Positions 1 through 9,098 are shown, counted from the first letter of the stretch. The stretch is 64,000 nucleotides of DNA from Minisyncoccia bacterium (GCA_050015375.1 JBEKBN010000004.1:15188-79187); one strand, 5' to 3'. The notes: generated by a model not told the origin, from the letters alone. A program made the numbers and translations.

Positions 1-669
1 AATTGATTGGGTTTTATCAAACCATTTTATACCCGAAAAACCCGTTTCAACAAGCCATTGCTCAAACTCTTTGCGTTCAGGTAATGGAGGAACATGCACG
101 CCTTCAAAACAAATTTTGGCTATTTCTTGTTCTTTTGGCGTGAGTGTGTTTTTGTCTTTGGCAAGATAGCCGTCAGCAATTGCCAACCTGCCGTTTGGCT
201 TTAAAATTCTGTAGTTTTCCTTTAAAACTTTAGATTCGTCAGATGCGTGACAAATGCTCTCAATGGCAATGGCGACATTAAAAGTCGCGTCTGGAAAATC
301 CGTTTTGTTAAAATCCATCACGCGAAAATCCGTGAGGTGGCTTACTTTATGAATTTCAGCGGCTTTTTTGGCTTCTTCAACCTGCTTTTCGCTAATTGTT
401 ATACCAACAACCCGGCAGCCGATATTTTTTGCGAGCCAAATAGCCGTAGTACCATAACCGCAACCAAGATCAATAACATAATCGTTTGAAGTCAAACTTG
501 CGATTTCCGCCAACGCCCTATTTTCATTTAAGAGGGCCTCTTTGTGATTATGGACATTTTCATCCCAAATCCCGAAATGCATTGAGATATTTGAAGAAGC
601 TAGATTATATATCTGATAATCCAGCTTGCTGAAATCGTAATAATCAACGATTTCTTTATTGGTCGGCAT
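1..669 (-). CDS. Class I SAM-dependent methyltransferase (C-terminus runs off the window start)
   Basis: The reverse-strand translation begins MPTNKEIVDYYDF... and contains motif I YVIDLGCGYGTTAIWLA, followed by a Rossmann-like beta strand pattern. The ATG sits at 667-669 on the minus strand. The frame stays open to position 1. Confidence 0.6.
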   Translation of the reverse strand, partial: MPTNKEIVDYYDFSKLDYQIYNLASSNISMHFGIWDENVHNHKEALLNENRALAEIASLTSNDYVIDLGCGYGTTAIWLAKNIGCRVVGITISEKQVEEAKKAAEIHKVSHLTDFRVMDFNKTDFPDATFNVAIAIESICHASDESKVLKENYRILKPNGRLAIADGYLAKDKNTLTPKEQEIAKICFEGVHVPPLPERKEFEQWLVETGFSGIKWFDKTQSI

Positions 670-792
670 AACAATAATATAATCCGTTATAAATAAAAAA
701 AGAAGATTACAAATGCGTAACTTTACAAATAGACATCGATGTAATATATTGTTTTCCAGCATCATTCACAATTAATCAACGAGGAAATACCC

Positions 793-1392
793 ATGAAACC
801 CGAAGAAATCAAGCGATTTCTTGAATTGCAAAAGCTTTTCGATAGGATGAAGACCATTCGGCGCAAGTCAATGGTCGCGGGCCGTGAAGAAATGGAAAAC
901 GATGCCGAGCACAGCTGGCACGCGGCGATGTGGTTTATGATATTGGCCGACCGATTCCCGAAAATTGACCGCGCAAAAGTTATCACCATGCTTTTAATTC
1001 ACGACCTTCCCGAACTCTTTTCCCCGGAAGTTGATAGTTATTCAAAGAATGAGGTTCAAAAGGCGCAAGAGTTTTTTGATGGTTCAAAGCTTTTTATGGA
1101 TGATGTTTCCGAGGCGATAGGCAACGAAGATTTTGATCATTACTTTCTTTGGATTGAATTCACTAGCGGATGGTCAGCGGAAGCGAAAATTGCCCGAGCC
1201 ATTGACGCTCTTCAGCCGATGCTTCAGAATATCAATACTGGTGGAAAAATGTGGAAAAAGCTAGGCGTAACTCTTGCCGACATTGATCGTATCAAGCGTC
1301 CGGTGATTTGTGTCAACGAAACCCTCACCGCCATCTATGAAGAATTGTTCAAACAAGCAACGGAAATTCTTGAATCGAAGAAAGGGGAATGA
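793..1392 (+). CDS. HD-domain phosphohydrolase, YfbR-like 5'-deoxynucleotidase family
   Basis: This is a 199-aa ORF. It carries the HD-superfamily metal-binding signatures HSWHAAMW and LIHDLPE. Confidence 0.7.
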   Translation: MKPEEIKRFLELQKLFDRMKTIRRKSMVAGREEMENDAEHSWHAAMWFMILADRFPKIDRAKVITMLLIHDLPELFSPEVDSYSKNEVQKAQEFFDGSKLFMDDVSEAIGNEDFDHYFLWIEFTSGWSAEAKIARAIDALQPMLQNINTGGKMWKKLGVTLADIDRIKRPVICVNETLTAIYEELFKQATEILESKKGE

Positions 1393-1397
1393 CCATA

Positions 1398-1628
1398 ATG
1401 AAGAAAAAAATAGAGGTCGGGGATTATATCAGGACCACACAGATAGCTCCCAATAGCGGAGAAACCGATACCGAAGCCCAGGTCAGAAAAATTGAGGGAA
1501 CTTCGGCCGAAGTGATTTATGGTGGGTATTCCGATAGATCTTGGGTGTCTCTCGATTCATGTAGATTTGTTAGGAAAGGGGTTCTTTCCGGGACTGATTT
1601 GATCGATCCAAATCCATGCAATTTCTAA
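1398..1628 (+). CDS. Small hypothetical protein
   Basis: The ORF starts MKKKIEVGDY... and is preceded by a GGGGA Shine-Dalgarno-like stretch. It overlaps the stop of the upstream HD gene, with an alternative ATG at 1389. There is no recognisable domain. Confidence 0.4.
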   Translation: MKKKIEVGDYIRTTQIAPNSGETDTEAQVRKIEGTSAEVIYGGYSDRSWVSLDSCRFVRKGVLSGTDLIDPNPCNF

Positions 1629-1660
1629 CCCCCCGACCCGTTAACTCGGGTCTTTTATTA
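1629..1660. terminator. Bidirectional hairpin terminator between convergent genes
   Basis: gacccg-ttaact-cgggtc is followed by ttttatt. Genes end on both sides of it. Confidence 0.5.
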
Positions 1661-2953
1661 TTACGATAAGGAAGAAGAGCGTTTCATGTACTCGAGCGCT
1701 ATGCCAAGATTGGCTTGAGTCCATGCTAACGGCACATGGTCGTTCGGAACATACATGCCCTGCAATTCATTTTCGATATAGTAAGCTTCAGGACATTGGC
1801 CGTCCCGCGTGAGTTGAGCCAAGGAACGGTTGAAATAGTTGATCTGCAATTGCCGGTCTGAATCTCGATGCAACGACAAGAAACGCTTTCCATGAATAAC
1901 CGAAATGATAGGATCAAAAATGCACCATTCTGCCTCAACCTTTCCACGCTTCTCTTTTGGAACCAACACATTACGAATTGCTATGTCTTGACTGAAATCC
2001 CTTGTTCGATCTTTTTCTGAAAATTTGTTTTTGTATCCCGGAGCCCAATAAGAATCACCAAGATATCGCTTGATGCCGAATTCGCCTTGTAATGTTTCCA
2101 AAACGTTTCTCAAAATGATGTCTTCTGTATTTCGATCGAGGATCCCCAAAGGATAAATTAAAAATAATTGGGCAGAATCAACTGTGCGACTCGAAGTTTC
2201 TCCGGGCAATGATTGTAATTGTGCTCGACCGAATCCGATCAGTCGGGAAACATCTCCGATGTCAATATCCTGGCCATCATAAGAAAAGGGCTTGAACTTT
2301 ACAACAGCCATATATTTTTCCATTTCTTCGAGGCCCGCGACTACCACACCAATACTAGAATTTCGAATTTCGCGATTCTCTTCCCAGTGGCCACTGTCCG
2401 GGTCTCTCCAATATTCTATGACATTAAAATAGGGCGGAAAGCACGAATATATTTTGCATTCATCAGCTGAGAGCTCGAACCCATATTGATTTGCCAAACG
2501 AAATCTAAGCCAGAGCACATATCCCAAGGCATCATTTTGAGCATTGGCCCAATGCCCGGGTAATTCTTCAAGTTTATTGTCGTTGAATCTGACATGAGGA
2601 CGCATCATCGGGTCTTGAATATTCACCTTACCCCGAATAATATCATCAAAACGACCTCTATATTTTATGAGAAACAAGGTAATGGATTGAATCGTTTTGA
2701 AAGCGACATCGGCTCGACCGGTTTCTATAAAATAATTTGCAACCATCACATTGTCGCGAAACCACACATGTTGATAACCCGAAACAGCGTCATATTTTTG
2801 TCCGGAAGAGGCAGGGAACAAACTATTTAGATTTGGTTTCAGTTCAAAAGTTCCATTCCGGGAGAGAATATTTACAATTGCATCAATTTTCTCGGAAGAA
2901 TATTCATCCTTGGAAACGAGGCCTTTTAATTTGTCGAATTGAAGAGTGAGCAT
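1661..2953 (-). CDS. Glycoside hydrolase family 15 (glucoamylase/glucodextranase-like, six-hairpin glycosidase)
   Basis: This is a 430-aa ORF. The motifs GHWANAQNDALGY, GHWEE and PLAWTQANLGIAL are typical of the GH15 (alpha/alpha)6 barrel. Confidence 0.65.
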   Translation of the reverse strand: MLTLQFDKLKGLVSKDEYSSEKIDAIVNILSRNGTFELKPNLNSLFPASSGQKYDAVSGYQHVWFRDNVMVANYFIETGRADVAFKTIQSITLFLIKYRGRFDDIIRGKVNIQDPMMRPHVRFNDNKLEELPGHWANAQNDALGYVLWLRFRLANQYGFELSADECKIYSCFPPYFNVIEYWRDPDSGHWEENREIRNSSIGVVVAGLEEMEKYMAVVKFKPFSYDGQDIDIGDVSRLIGFGRAQLQSLPGETSSRTVDSAQLFLIYPLGILDRNTEDIILRNVLETLQGEFGIKRYLGDSYWAPGYKNKFSEKDRTRDFSQDIAIRNVLVPKEKRGKVEAEWCIFDPIISVIHGKRFLSLHRDSDRQLQINYFNRSLAQLTRDGQCPEAYYIENELQGMYVPNDHVPLAWTQANLGIALEYMKRSSSLS

Positions 2954-3071
2954 ATCAATATTATGACCTTGAACGGAACAATACTCAAGTTAGCATGGGT
3001 TTTTATATCAAAAAAGAGACGGTGGGCGGGAGTTAATTGAGGAATCATGAAATAACTGGTATGCTGATAAT

Positions 3072-4157
3072 ATGGTTCTCACCGTCGTTGTTTTCATCGT
3101 TGTCTTGAGTGTTTTGATATTTGTCCATGAACTCGGGCATTTTATTACCGCCAAGCGGGCCGGGATGAGAGTGGAAGAGTTCGGTTTTGGTTTCCCGCCC
3201 CGGATTTGGGGCACAAAAAAAGGCGGGACGGACTATTCTATAAATTGGATTCCCTTTGGCGGATTTGTAAAAATATTGGGCGAAGATGGGGAAAAAAGAA
3301 ATGATTCCCGGAGCTTCAGCTCAAAGAGCGCTTGGAAACGAGTGATAGTTTTGGCCGCCGGCGTGGTCATGAATATTATTCTAGCTTTTATTCTTCTCGT
3401 TTTTGTAAACGCAGTCGGTTTGCGGGTTGGTTTTTCGGATAATGATATGCCAAACAACGCGAAAAATATAATGGTTCAAATTGTTGAAGTTGTCGATGGC
3501 AGCCCAGCCCAAAAAGCCGGTTTAAACGTCCTCGACCAGATAAAAGGAATAACCGTCAACGGAACCGAAACGGCTATCACACAAGTCGGCCAAGTTCAGA
3601 GTATCGTTAGTTCAAACGAAGGTAAAAATATCGTGGTTGATATCCAAAGAGGGAATCAGCAAGTCGCCGTTCAGATAACGCCGCGCGAAAATCCGCCGGC
3701 CGGACAAGGCGCCATCGGCATATCATTGGCCATGACCGGAGTCATAAAATATCCGTGGTATCGGGCAATCTATCAAGGTGGGTCGGATACTTGGGAAATT
3801 TTCAATGAAACCGCAATCGGCTATGCGACCATCATCAAAAATGTTTTCACTACTGGCCGGCCGGGAGTTCAACTATCGGGACCGGTGGGGATCGCCGTCA
3901 TTACCGGTCAAGCCGAGCGATTGGGCTTTGCCTATCTTTTGCAATTCATGGCCCTGATTTCAATTAACTTGGCCGTCTTGAATTTCATTCCGTTTCCGGC
4001 GCTGGATGGCGGGCGGGTATTATTTATCATCATCGAAAAACTCAAAGGCAGTCCGATCCCCAAGCGCATTGAAATGACGGTCAATACATTTGGATTTGCC
4101 TTGCTTATTCTTCTGATGATATATGTGACGACGAAAGATATTTTGAGATTTTTCTGA
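3072..4157 (+). CDS. rseP: RIP metalloprotease RseP (site-2 protease) with PDZ domain
   Basis: The N-terminal transmembrane segment carries an HELGH zinc motif. An internal PDZ-like segment and a C-terminal LDGG motif are present. The length is typical of RseP. Confidence 0.85.
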   Translation: MVLTVVVFIVVLSVLIFVHELGHFITAKRAGMRVEEFGFGFPPRIWGTKKGGTDYSINWIPFGGFVKILGEDGEKRNDSRSFSSKSAWKRVIVLAAGVVMNIILAFILLVFVNAVGLRVGFSDNDMPNNAKNIMVQIVEVVDGSPAQKAGLNVLDQIKGITVNGTETAITQVGQVQSIVSSNEGKNIVVDIQRGNQQVAVQITPRENPPAGQGAIGISLAMTGVIKYPWYRAIYQGGSDTWEIFNETAIGYATIIKNVFTTGRPGVQLSGPVGIAVITGQAERLGFAYLLQFMALISINLAVLNFIPFPALDGGRVLFIIIEKLKGSPIPKRIEMTVNTFGFALLILLMIYVTTKDILRFF

Positions 4158-4162
4158 TTTGA

Positions 4163-4195
4163 CTATTAGGTATTGGTCATGTATAATAGGAAGGT
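4163..4195 (+). promoter_or_regulatory. Sigma70-like promoter: TTGACT, 17-nt spacer, TATAAT
   Basis: ttgact attaggtattggtcatg tataat matches the consensus almost perfectly. A GGAGGTG Shine-Dalgarno sequence and an ATG at 4232 follow. Confidence 0.5.
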
Positions 4196-4231
4196 GAGTA
4201 ATTGTTCATTGTTTTCTAGTTGGAGGTGAAT

Positions 4232-4462
4232 ATGACATTCGATGGGGTTGCAAGAATGAGTGCAATTGGCGAATTCATTCCTGCTGAAAATGATGTCGTT
4301 GCCGAAGCGCGGATTGGCACATTGAGTCAGACCGTTCAGGCAAAGGAAGAATCCGATTGTTATATATGTCACACTCTGATTCATCGGTCTGATTGGATGG
4401 TTCGCGTTGGCATACGCGGTCTGAGGCGCCATCTTTCAGGTGAATGTCCTCGGGATTCCTAA
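4232..4462 (+). CDS. Small Cys/His-containing hypothetical protein (76 aa)
   Basis: The sequence MTFDGVARMSAIGEF...CYICHTLIH...SGECP has its own consensus promoter, a strong GGAGGTG SD 5 nt before the ATG, and a perfect downstream terminator. Confidence 0.45.
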   Translation: MTFDGVARMSAIGEFIPAENDVVAEARIGTLSQTVQAKEESDCYICHTLIHRSDWMVRVGIRGLRRHLSGECPRDS

Positions 4463-4477
4463 AAATCGCAGTCAATT

Positions 4478-4516
4478 AATCGAGGCAGCCGGCGCGCTTC
4501 GCGCGCCGGCTTTTTC
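4478..4516 (+). terminator. Rho-independent terminator
   Basis: gccggcgcgc-ttcg-cgcgccggc is followed by tttttctttt. Confidence 0.7.
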
Positions 4517-4545
4517 TTTTCTATAAATATTGCTACAATATCTTC

Positions 4546-5781
4546 ATGAGGTTATCCCAGCTTTTTACCCGAACTCTCCGGGAAAATCCCAAAGATGAAA
4601 CTAGCGCCAACGCCCAGCTTCTTGAGCGCGGCGGGTTTGTTTACAAAAATTCCGCCGGCATCTATTCGTATTTGCCGCTTGGCTGGCGGGTTTTCCAGAA
4701 AATTGCCGGCATTATCCGCGAGGAAATGAACGCTATTGGTGGCATGGAAATGCTGATGCAAGCGATGGTTGAAAAAAAATATCTTGACGCTACTGGCCGT
4801 TGGGATGTGCCGATCGGTTTTGAGGTCAAAGGTAAAAACGAAGACAAGGCCAACTTTACTCTCGGCTGGACTCACGAGGAGGTTTTGACCGAGATCGCTT
4901 CCAAATACGTCAACTCATACAAAGACCTGCCGTTTTACGCCTATCAGATCCAGACCAAATTCCGCAATGAGCCGCGAGCCAAATCGGGAATTTTGCGCGG
5001 CAAGGAATTCACGATGAAAGATTTGTACAGTTTTCATGTTTCGGAAGACGACCTATTCCGCTATTATGAGGAAGTCAAAGGTGCTTATCACAAAATATTC
5101 AATCGCTGTGGTTTGAAGGCGTTTTATACCATTGCCGGCGGCGGCGATTTCACCATCAGCAATACCCATGAATTTCAGGTCTTGTCGCCGGTCGGCGAGG
5201 ACACGATCTTTATCTGCCAAAAATGCGGCTATGCCGAGAACAAAGACATCTCAAAATTAAAAACCGGCGTCGGCTGTCCCAAGTGTGATGGCAAAATTGT
5301 GGAAGAAAAGGCGATCGAAGTCGGCAATATTTTTCCGCTGGGCACCAAATATTCAAAGGCCTTCAATTTGCAATTCGTTGACGAGAAAGGGGAGAAGAAA
5401 TTTGTGGTCATGGGTTCCTATGGCATCGGTATCGGCCGAGTGATGGGCGCGGTCGTTGAGGTTCATCATGACGGCGCCGGGATCATCTGGCCGGAGAATG
5501 TCGCCCCGTTCAAGATTCATCTGATCGCCCTCGAGGGCGGAGAGAAAGAAGCCGATAGGATTTATAAACAATTGAGCGAGGAAGGTATTGAAGTGTTGTA
5601 TGATGACCGAACCGAAAAAACTGCCGGTGAGAAATTTGCCGATGCCGATTTGATCGGCTGTCCGATCAGAATTCTTGTCAGCAAGAAAACTCTGGCCAAT
5701 AATTCCTTTGAACTCAAAAAACGCTCTGTTGATAAGTCGGAACTTATTAACTTGTCAAAATTAATGGAAGTGGTAGGCTAA
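4546..5781 (+). CDS. proS: Prolyl-tRNA synthetase, minimal bacterial type without the INS editing domain
   Basis: Class II motif 2 FRNEPRAKSGILRGKEFTMKDLYSFH and motif 3 GSYGIGIGRVMGAVVE are present, with an anticodon-binding C-terminus. It is only 411 aa. The Cys4 cluster CQKCGY...CPKCDG sits where the insertion domain normally is. The gene is preceded by TTGCTACAAT-N6-ATG. Confidence 0.9.
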   Translation: MRLSQLFTRTLRENPKDETSANAQLLERGGFVYKNSAGIYSYLPLGWRVFQKIAGIIREEMNAIGGMEMLMQAMVEKKYLDATGRWDVPIGFEVKGKNEDKANFTLGWTHEEVLTEIASKYVNSYKDLPFYAYQIQTKFRNEPRAKSGILRGKEFTMKDLYSFHVSEDDLFRYYEEVKGAYHKIFNRCGLKAFYTIAGGGDFTISNTHEFQVLSPVGEDTIFICQKCGYAENKDISKLKTGVGCPKCDGKIVEEKAIEVGNIFPLGTKYSKAFNLQFVDEKGEKKFVVMGSYGIGIGRVMGAVVEVHHDGAGIIWPENVAPFKIHLIALEGGEKEADRIYKQLSEEGIEVLYDDRTEKTAGEKFADADLIGCPIRILVSKKTLANNSFELKKRSVDKSELINLSKLMEVVG

Positions 5782-5918
5782 GTGATGTAGCACCTCCTTG
5801 TTTGGGTGTTGGAAAAGGGATTCCGGCGCCAGCTCCCGCAAGATGCTTGGCGAACCTTCCCGGAATCCCTCGCTCTTTTATCAGTTCGTTCATAGGACCC
5901 CCCCTCCTTTCATACCGC

Positions 5919-5953
5919 TCTCCGCCTACTCCGGAGAGCTCTTTTTATCTTGA
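5919..5953 (+). terminator. Rho-independent terminator for proS
   Basis: gctctccg-cctact-cggagagc is followed by tcttttt. Confidence 0.55.
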
Positions 5954-6023
5954 CATTATGAAGCCAACAGAGTTATTATCCCCGTAGTTCACGAACAACT
6001 AAATGAAGCAAAAGGAGGCAGAA

Positions 6024-6410
6024 ATGCCGAACGGGTACGATTATTCAAAGGAATACGGGCCGCATGATTATTCAGTGAGCCGTGATTGCAAATTTGGATG
6101 TGGATGTTTTGTGGCGTCTTCGAGCTCTCATGGACCGCTTGGATTAGATCCAATAGGCGGTGAATGCCCAGGCAACCCGAAAGATGGCATAAAAACCGGC
6201 TATGATTACGAAGTCGTAGCGGAGAGAAGAATTAGGAAGCTGGGATCAGATCTTTATAAAGCCGAAATGGAATTATCCAAGCTCCGGCACATCAAAACAA
6301 CTCCGAAAGCCAAACTCTTGGAAAGAGCCGAAACAGCCGAGGCGGATTTGAATCGATTTCATGATCTGATCGGCAAAGCAAAAGAATTCATGAATCAATT
6401 TCCCGAATAG
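6024..6410 (+). CDS. Hypothetical Cys-rich small protein
   Basis: The promoter is TTGACA-18-TATTAT at about 5951-5985, followed by an AAGGAGG SD and the start MPNGYDYSKEYGPHDY... An upstream in-frame ATG at 6003 lies inside the SD. The protein contains the motif CKFGCGC...GGECPGNP. Confidence 0.5.
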   Translation: MPNGYDYSKEYGPHDYSVSRDCKFGCGCFVASSSSHGPLGLDPIGGECPGNPKDGIKTGYDYEVVAERRIRKLGSDLYKAEMELSKLRHIKTTPKAKLLERAETAEADLNRFHDLIGKAKEFMNQFPE

Positions 6411-6426
6411 TTTCTTGATTGATACA

Positions 6427-6457
6427 AGCCAAAGCGAAAGCATTGGCTTTTTTGTTT
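6427..6457 (+). terminator. Rho-independent terminator
   Basis: agccaa-agcgaaagca-ttggct is followed by ttttttg. Confidence 0.6.
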
Positions 6458-6465
6458 CGAGAAAT

Positions 6466-6690
6466 CAGGGCACGCCAACCCCCCTCTAAGAAATCCGCGA
6501 TAAGCATTCTGGTAACAAATCGGGAGCGACCGAGCTGTAATCAGCAAGGGTAGCGCGGAGCGAATAGCGGGATACCCGACTCGGAAGGGTTAATACCCGC
6601 CCGCATGGTCGGGAGGGATTCCCGCGCACATGAGCGACCACGATTTGTCAGAATGCGTTCAGGATTTCGTGAGGAGGGGTTGGCGATATT
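6466..6690 (+). ncRNA. Candidate rod-like structured RNA (6S-like architecture), GC-rich, upstream of mreB
   Basis: The closing helix pairs 6473-6486 cgccaacccccctc with 6671-6685 gaggaggggttggcg. A second helix pairs 6507-6522 with 6641-6653. An internal bubble is flanked by direct gagcgacc repeats, followed by the helix gcgcgg/ccgcgc and the apical hairpin gggt-taat-accc. The element is markedly GC-rich compared with its surroundings. Strand and identity are uncertain. Confidence 0.3.
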
Positions 6691-6732
6691 AATCTTTGAT
6701 TGTGAATTGATATTCTGCTATCCTGAATAGTC

Positions 6733-7782
6733 ATGTTCGGCAAACTCTTCAATTTTTGGTTCAAGGACATCGGCATTGATCTTGGCACGGCCAATACTTT
6801 GGTTTATGTCCGCGGCAAAGGCATCATCATCAACGAACCCTCCATCGTCGCCGTCAATCAAAAAACCGGCCAGATCCTCGCCATTGGTCAAGAAGCCAGA
6901 AAAATGATCGGCCGGACACCCGGCTACATCACCGTTACCCGGCCGCTTGTCGCCGGCGTGGTTTCGGATTTCGAAGTCACCGAGCAAATGATAAAATATT
7001 TCATTGACCGTGCCCACGAGAAATCATTTTCATTTTTTCCAAGACCCAGGGTCGTGGTCGGCATACCAGCCGGAGTTACCGAAGTCGAAAAACGAGCCGT
7101 GGAAGATGCGACCTACAACGCCGGCGCCAGAGAGGTCTATCTTATCGAAGAACCAATGGCGGCGGCTTTGGGCGCTCGGCTACCGATCCAGGAAGCGGCG
7201 GCAAATCTCATTGCCGATATCGGCGGCGGCACGACCGATGTAGCCGTGATTTCCATGGGCGGCGTGGTGGCTTCGCGATCATTGCGGGTTGCCGGCGACA
7301 AAATGACCGAAGATATCAGCCAATATATAAGGGAAGAGCACAATATGCTCATTGGCGATTCAACCGCTGAAAATATCAAATTAACCGTCGGTTCGGCCTA
7401 TCCGCTCGAAGAAGAATTATTCATGCAAGTTCGGGGCCGAGATATGGTCACAGGTTTGCCCAAAGAAATTACCGTCGGTTCGGAAGAAATAAGAAAGGCG
7501 ATGCACCGCTCTATCCGAGCGATAATGATAGCTATCCGAAGCACCATCGAAGAAACGCCGCCCGAACTCATTGCCGATCTTTTGAACCGGAGCATTTTCA
7601 TAACTGGCGGCGGAAGTTTGCTCCGAGGCATGGATGAACTCATCAGCCACGAGACGAAATTACCGGTCAAGATCGTTGACGACCCGCTGACTTCGGTTGT
7701 TCGGGGTTGCGGCCTGGTTCTTGAGCACATTGACACCCTGAAGTCGGTTTTGGTCTGGACTCCGAAGGAAGCGTACATCTGA
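6733..7782 (+). CDS. mreB: Rod shape-determining protein MreB (actin-like ATPase)
   Basis: DIGIDLGTANT, phosphate-1 and phosphate-2 motifs, and the DIGGGTTD adenosine motif are present. The length is 349 aa. Confidence 0.9.
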   Translation: MFGKLFNFWFKDIGIDLGTANTLVYVRGKGIIINEPSIVAVNQKTGQILAIGQEARKMIGRTPGYITVTRPLVAGVVSDFEVTEQMIKYFIDRAHEKSFSFFPRPRVVVGIPAGVTEVEKRAVEDATYNAGAREVYLIEEPMAAALGARLPIQEAAANLIADIGGGTTDVAVISMGGVVASRSLRVAGDKMTEDISQYIREEHNMLIGDSTAENIKLTVGSAYPLEEELFMQVRGRDMVTGLPKEITVGSEEIRKAMHRSIRAIMIAIRSTIEETPPELIADLLNRSIFITGGGSLLRGMDELISHETKLPVKIVDDPLTSVVRGCGLVLEHIDTLKSVLVWTPKEAYI

Positions 7783-7834
7783 ATAAAATTTTCAATTTTT
7801 AATTTTCAATTTTCAAACTGGGGGCGGGAAATAT

Positions 7835-8632
7835 ATGGGGAGAAATAATTTTAAAAAATATTCCATCATTGTTTTTGTTATAGCGGTTGTTTATTTGGGC
7901 AATCGTTTTTTGTTTAAGAATTATTTGCAAGATCTTGTTTACACCATTGCCCGCGGACCGGGAACATTTTTTTCCCAAAAATTCGAAAAAGTATCTCAAT
8001 ACGGCAAAGCCCTGTTCGGGCGCTCGGCGATCATCAGCGAAGATGAAGAATTAAAAAAAGAAAATCTGGCATTATCGGGCCAACTGTCAACTCTTGGATC
8101 GGTGGAACGGGAAAATGACGCTCTGCGGAGCCAACTCGGCGTATCGGCCAGAAAAAACCAGCAATTCGTTTTGGCGAATATTTTCAGCGTTGATCGGAGC
8201 GGATTGTCCTCGACCATCATGATAGACAAAGGCGCCCGGGACGGCATTAAAAGATCAATGGCCGTCATCGCCGGAGGAAATGTTTTAGCCGGAATCGTCG
8301 GTGAGGTTTTTGACGATCACTCCAAAGTGATCCTTTTGGATGACCCGCGTTCATCGGTCAGCGTTCGGATCGGCGGCCAGGGGGTTATCGGCAATGCCAG
8401 AGGTATCGCATCCCAAAACGGCAAAGTCGTCCTCGATCTCGTTACCGATACCGATCAGGTTCGGGAGGGAGATCTGGTCGTGACCAGCGGTTTGGACAAT
8501 GTTTCCGAGTCGCTTCTTGTGGGCAGGGTTGATAAGGTCGAGCTCAAAGGCGGCAATCTGTTCAAAAATGTCGAGGCAAACATGTTGTTCGACCTGTCGT
8601 TGGGTTCAGATCTTTTTGTCATCTTGAATTAA
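7835..8632 (+). CDS. mreC: Rod shape-determining protein MreC
   Basis: An N-terminal TM segment and a coiled coil (LKKENLALSGQL...ENDALRSQL) precede a C-terminal beta-rich domain. The gene lies directly downstream of mreB. Confidence 0.7.
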   Translation: MGRNNFKKYSIIVFVIAVVYLGNRFLFKNYLQDLVYTIARGPGTFFSQKFEKVSQYGKALFGRSAIISEDEELKKENLALSGQLSTLGSVERENDALRSQLGVSARKNQQFVLANIFSVDRSGLSSTIMIDKGARDGIKRSMAVIAGGNVLAGIVGEVFDDHSKVILLDDPRSSVSVRIGGQGVIGNARGIASQNGKVVLDLVTDTDQVREGDLVVTSGLDNVSESLLVGRVDKVELKGGNLFKNVEANMLFDLSLGSDLFVILN

Positions 8633-8633
8633 A

Positions 8634-9098
8634 ATGCGGCTTTGGCGATTCATCATAATTGTCGGGATAATCTTTATTCTGGAACGGACGCTTCCGTTTT
8701 TTTGGTCCGGTTCGATTTTTATATTTCCGGTTTTTGCCATCCTTTATCTTGTCTCAAGCAAAAAATTCAGCCATGATATCCCAAGGATATTTTTTGCTTC
8801 GTTGTTGTTCGATGTTTTTTCGGGATTTTCTTTCGGGATATATACTTTAGCGATCTTGGCAACCGGTTTGTTGATCTATATCGGCAAGAAAAGATTTGTT
8901 TTGGGAGAACGCTCGGTCATTTTTGGGTTTATTTTCACTCTTTTATTCGTCATCATATTTTTCGGAATGTTTTCATTTGAATTGCCGTTGAAATATATTT
9001 TGTCGCGTCTGCCGGCGGCGATCATCGAAAGCTCGATTATCTACGCGATTTTATATATCATTATGAAAAGGGTCAGGCCCGCTAACTCGAAAAAATGA
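8634..9098 (+). CDS. mreD: Rod shape-determining protein MreD (polytopic membrane protein)
   Basis: This is a 154-aa multi-TM hydrophobic protein in the canonical position between mreC and PBP2. Confidence 0.55.
   Translation: MRLWRFIIIVGIIFILERTLPFFWSGSIFIFPVFAILYLVSSKKFSHDIPRIFFASLLFDVFSGFSFGIYTLAILATGLLIYIGKKRFVLGERSVIFGFIFTLLFVIIFFGMFSFELPLKYILSRLPAAIIESSIIYAILYIIMKRVRPANSKK

Noticed and set aside
247-489. 80-aa plus-strand ORF overlapping the methyltransferase gene
   Set aside because: It lies antisense within a clearly coding minus-strand frame that carries the SAM-binding motif, and it has low-complexity Phe/Asn-rich content. It is a spurious shadow ORF.
5802-5987. 61-aa ORF between proS and the Cys-rich gene
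   Set aside because: It spans the proS terminator hairpin and the downstream promoter. It is a Pro/Ser-rich translation of a structured GC-rich element, not a gene.
6466-6690. RNase P RNA, tmRNA or SRP RNA identity for the rod-like element
   Set aside because: I looked for the P4 consensus (GGAAAGUCCGGGC / ACAGAAnCCGGCUUA), for a tmRNA tRNA-like 3' end with a tag ORF, and for the SRP domain IV GNRA/AGCAGC motif. None is present, so only the generic 6S-like rod description is offered.
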